A program made the translations under genes and the position numbers. A stretch of DNA of 64,000 nucleotides from Octopus sinensis (lineage: Eukaryota): positions 248,001-312,000 of the forward strand of contig NW_021833893.1 in the NCBI RefSeq assembly GCF_006345805.1. The letters run 5' to 3'. Numbering within the stretch: position 1 is the first letter of the stretch; each line of letters starts with the position of its first letter. Positions 62,885 to 64,000 of this stretch are shown here, one piece after another. The notes beneath the pieces are model-generated. The model was not told the DNA's origin. It was given only the letters and a program-made list of their open reading frames with translations, and did no database searches.

Positions 62885-64000
62885 AAAATTAAGATAAAGA
62901 TAAAAATGTAAGGACGGTAAAGAGGATAAGTAAAGGTAATAAAAAGAATGAGAGCGAAATATAAAGATAACGATAAAAGGGTAAAAGGCTGGTATTCTTC
63001 TTCGTCAGGGTAGGTTCGGGGTGAGAGGTCAGGGGTTAAGGTTTTGGTAAAGTGGAGGAGGAAAGCAGACAGCATTTATGGTCATTAACGGGAAATTAAA
63101 TGGATAGATGAATTCGTGGTTCAGCGTGGTCAGAAAGAATATTTAACTTTAGTTTAATGGTCGCTAAAGAGAGCTGAAATGCTAGAAATAGATGCCTAAC
63201 TTTAGTGCAGCTGGCGTATTTTGAGGTAAAAGGTATTAATGAAGGGAATACGTACGTATATTGTTACGATTGTGAATGTAGAGAAGCAGGTGACATGTCT
63301 TGATTTTGCTTGCACTTGGACCTGTGGAAGAACCTAAAGGTACAGTAGAATTTATGTTAGCAGGAAGAGAATGCTTCATGATGTATATTAAGTAATTGTG
63401 ATAAATCATGAACTAATATTTGGTGGGCTTCCGTAAGGCAGAGTCATATGTAGAGCAGTGACCTTGGTATGGGACACTAGAATCTATTATGCCCAGGTTA
63501 TCCTATATGGTATTTTCTTATTTATCAAGTGCTGTATATGGTTGACTAGGGAAGTGGATTTGCTATGCTCCTCATATCTAAATGAATTCAGATGTACGGA
63601 ATATCTCTACTTAAAATTAATTGTAGACCCTTTGCAATGGCTAGCAGAACTGTGCAGTATGTTGTGGACAGTACACTTATACACAACGTTAAATTTTCTA
63701 CAATGGTTTGCAGCGGGGATTTGGTCCCAGATCGGCAATTGCAGCTGGATCTATCTGTCCTACGTGGGTTAAATGTGGATAGGAATGATGTCGTACTATT
63801 TATGGGCAAGTTGAAGTCTAGGTAGTATTTGGGGGTTGGCTCATATTAGTATCTTTGTTATGTATACCTGTCGTGTCCGTAGGGTGGGGGCTAGGGGTGG
63901 ATGTGCTATGTTATATTCAGAATCGAGGGGCAATGGCACTCGAGAGACAAGTTTCAGGAGCTTCTCTATTGCGGACCATTTTTCTTTTGCGTTAACTATT
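62885..64000 (-). mobile_element. Decayed Penelope-like element 3' region (GIY-YIG endonuclease and 3' end)
   Basis: Minus strand gives CRKFNVVYKCTV...GSTINFK*RYSVHLNSFRYEEHSKSTSL...ITW and LCLTEAHQILV...LLNIHHEAFSSC*H. Confidence 0.75.

Noticed and set aside
62960-63030. CUGACGA at the 3' end of the Penelope-like element
   Set aside because: GAAA and cleavage triplet are absent; at best a fully decayed ribozyme.

Overview
AT-rich, microsatellite-dense animal DNA. The SINE families and repeat style suggest a coleoid cephalopod, probably Octopus (inference). It holds one host gene, TCTE1/DRC5 (dynein regulatory complex subunit 5, LRR protein), on the + strand in three coding exons (10242-10548, 12798-13819, 17868-18035; 498 aa) with phase-consistent GT-AG introns. 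The rest is mostly transposon-derived: CR1, RTE, R4/Dong-like and Tx1/L1 LINEs, Penelope-like remnants, mariner/Tc1/maT, hAT and piggyBac DNA elements, several tRNA-SINE families and a probable solo LTR. Two things stand out. (1) A head-to-tail array of six divergent Tx1/L1-type units at about 35.3-46.6 kb; three complete units are about 1.7 kb and carry only ORF1, and all five junctions read AATAA(A/T)-N7-9-TGTT(C/A)CA(A/G)TCA(T/C)CTC. (2) At least six type I hammerhead ribozyme folds in short Penelope-like elements, with recurrent non-canonical positions and palindromic stem III. All calls were made by eye without searches; most TE boundaries are approximate.
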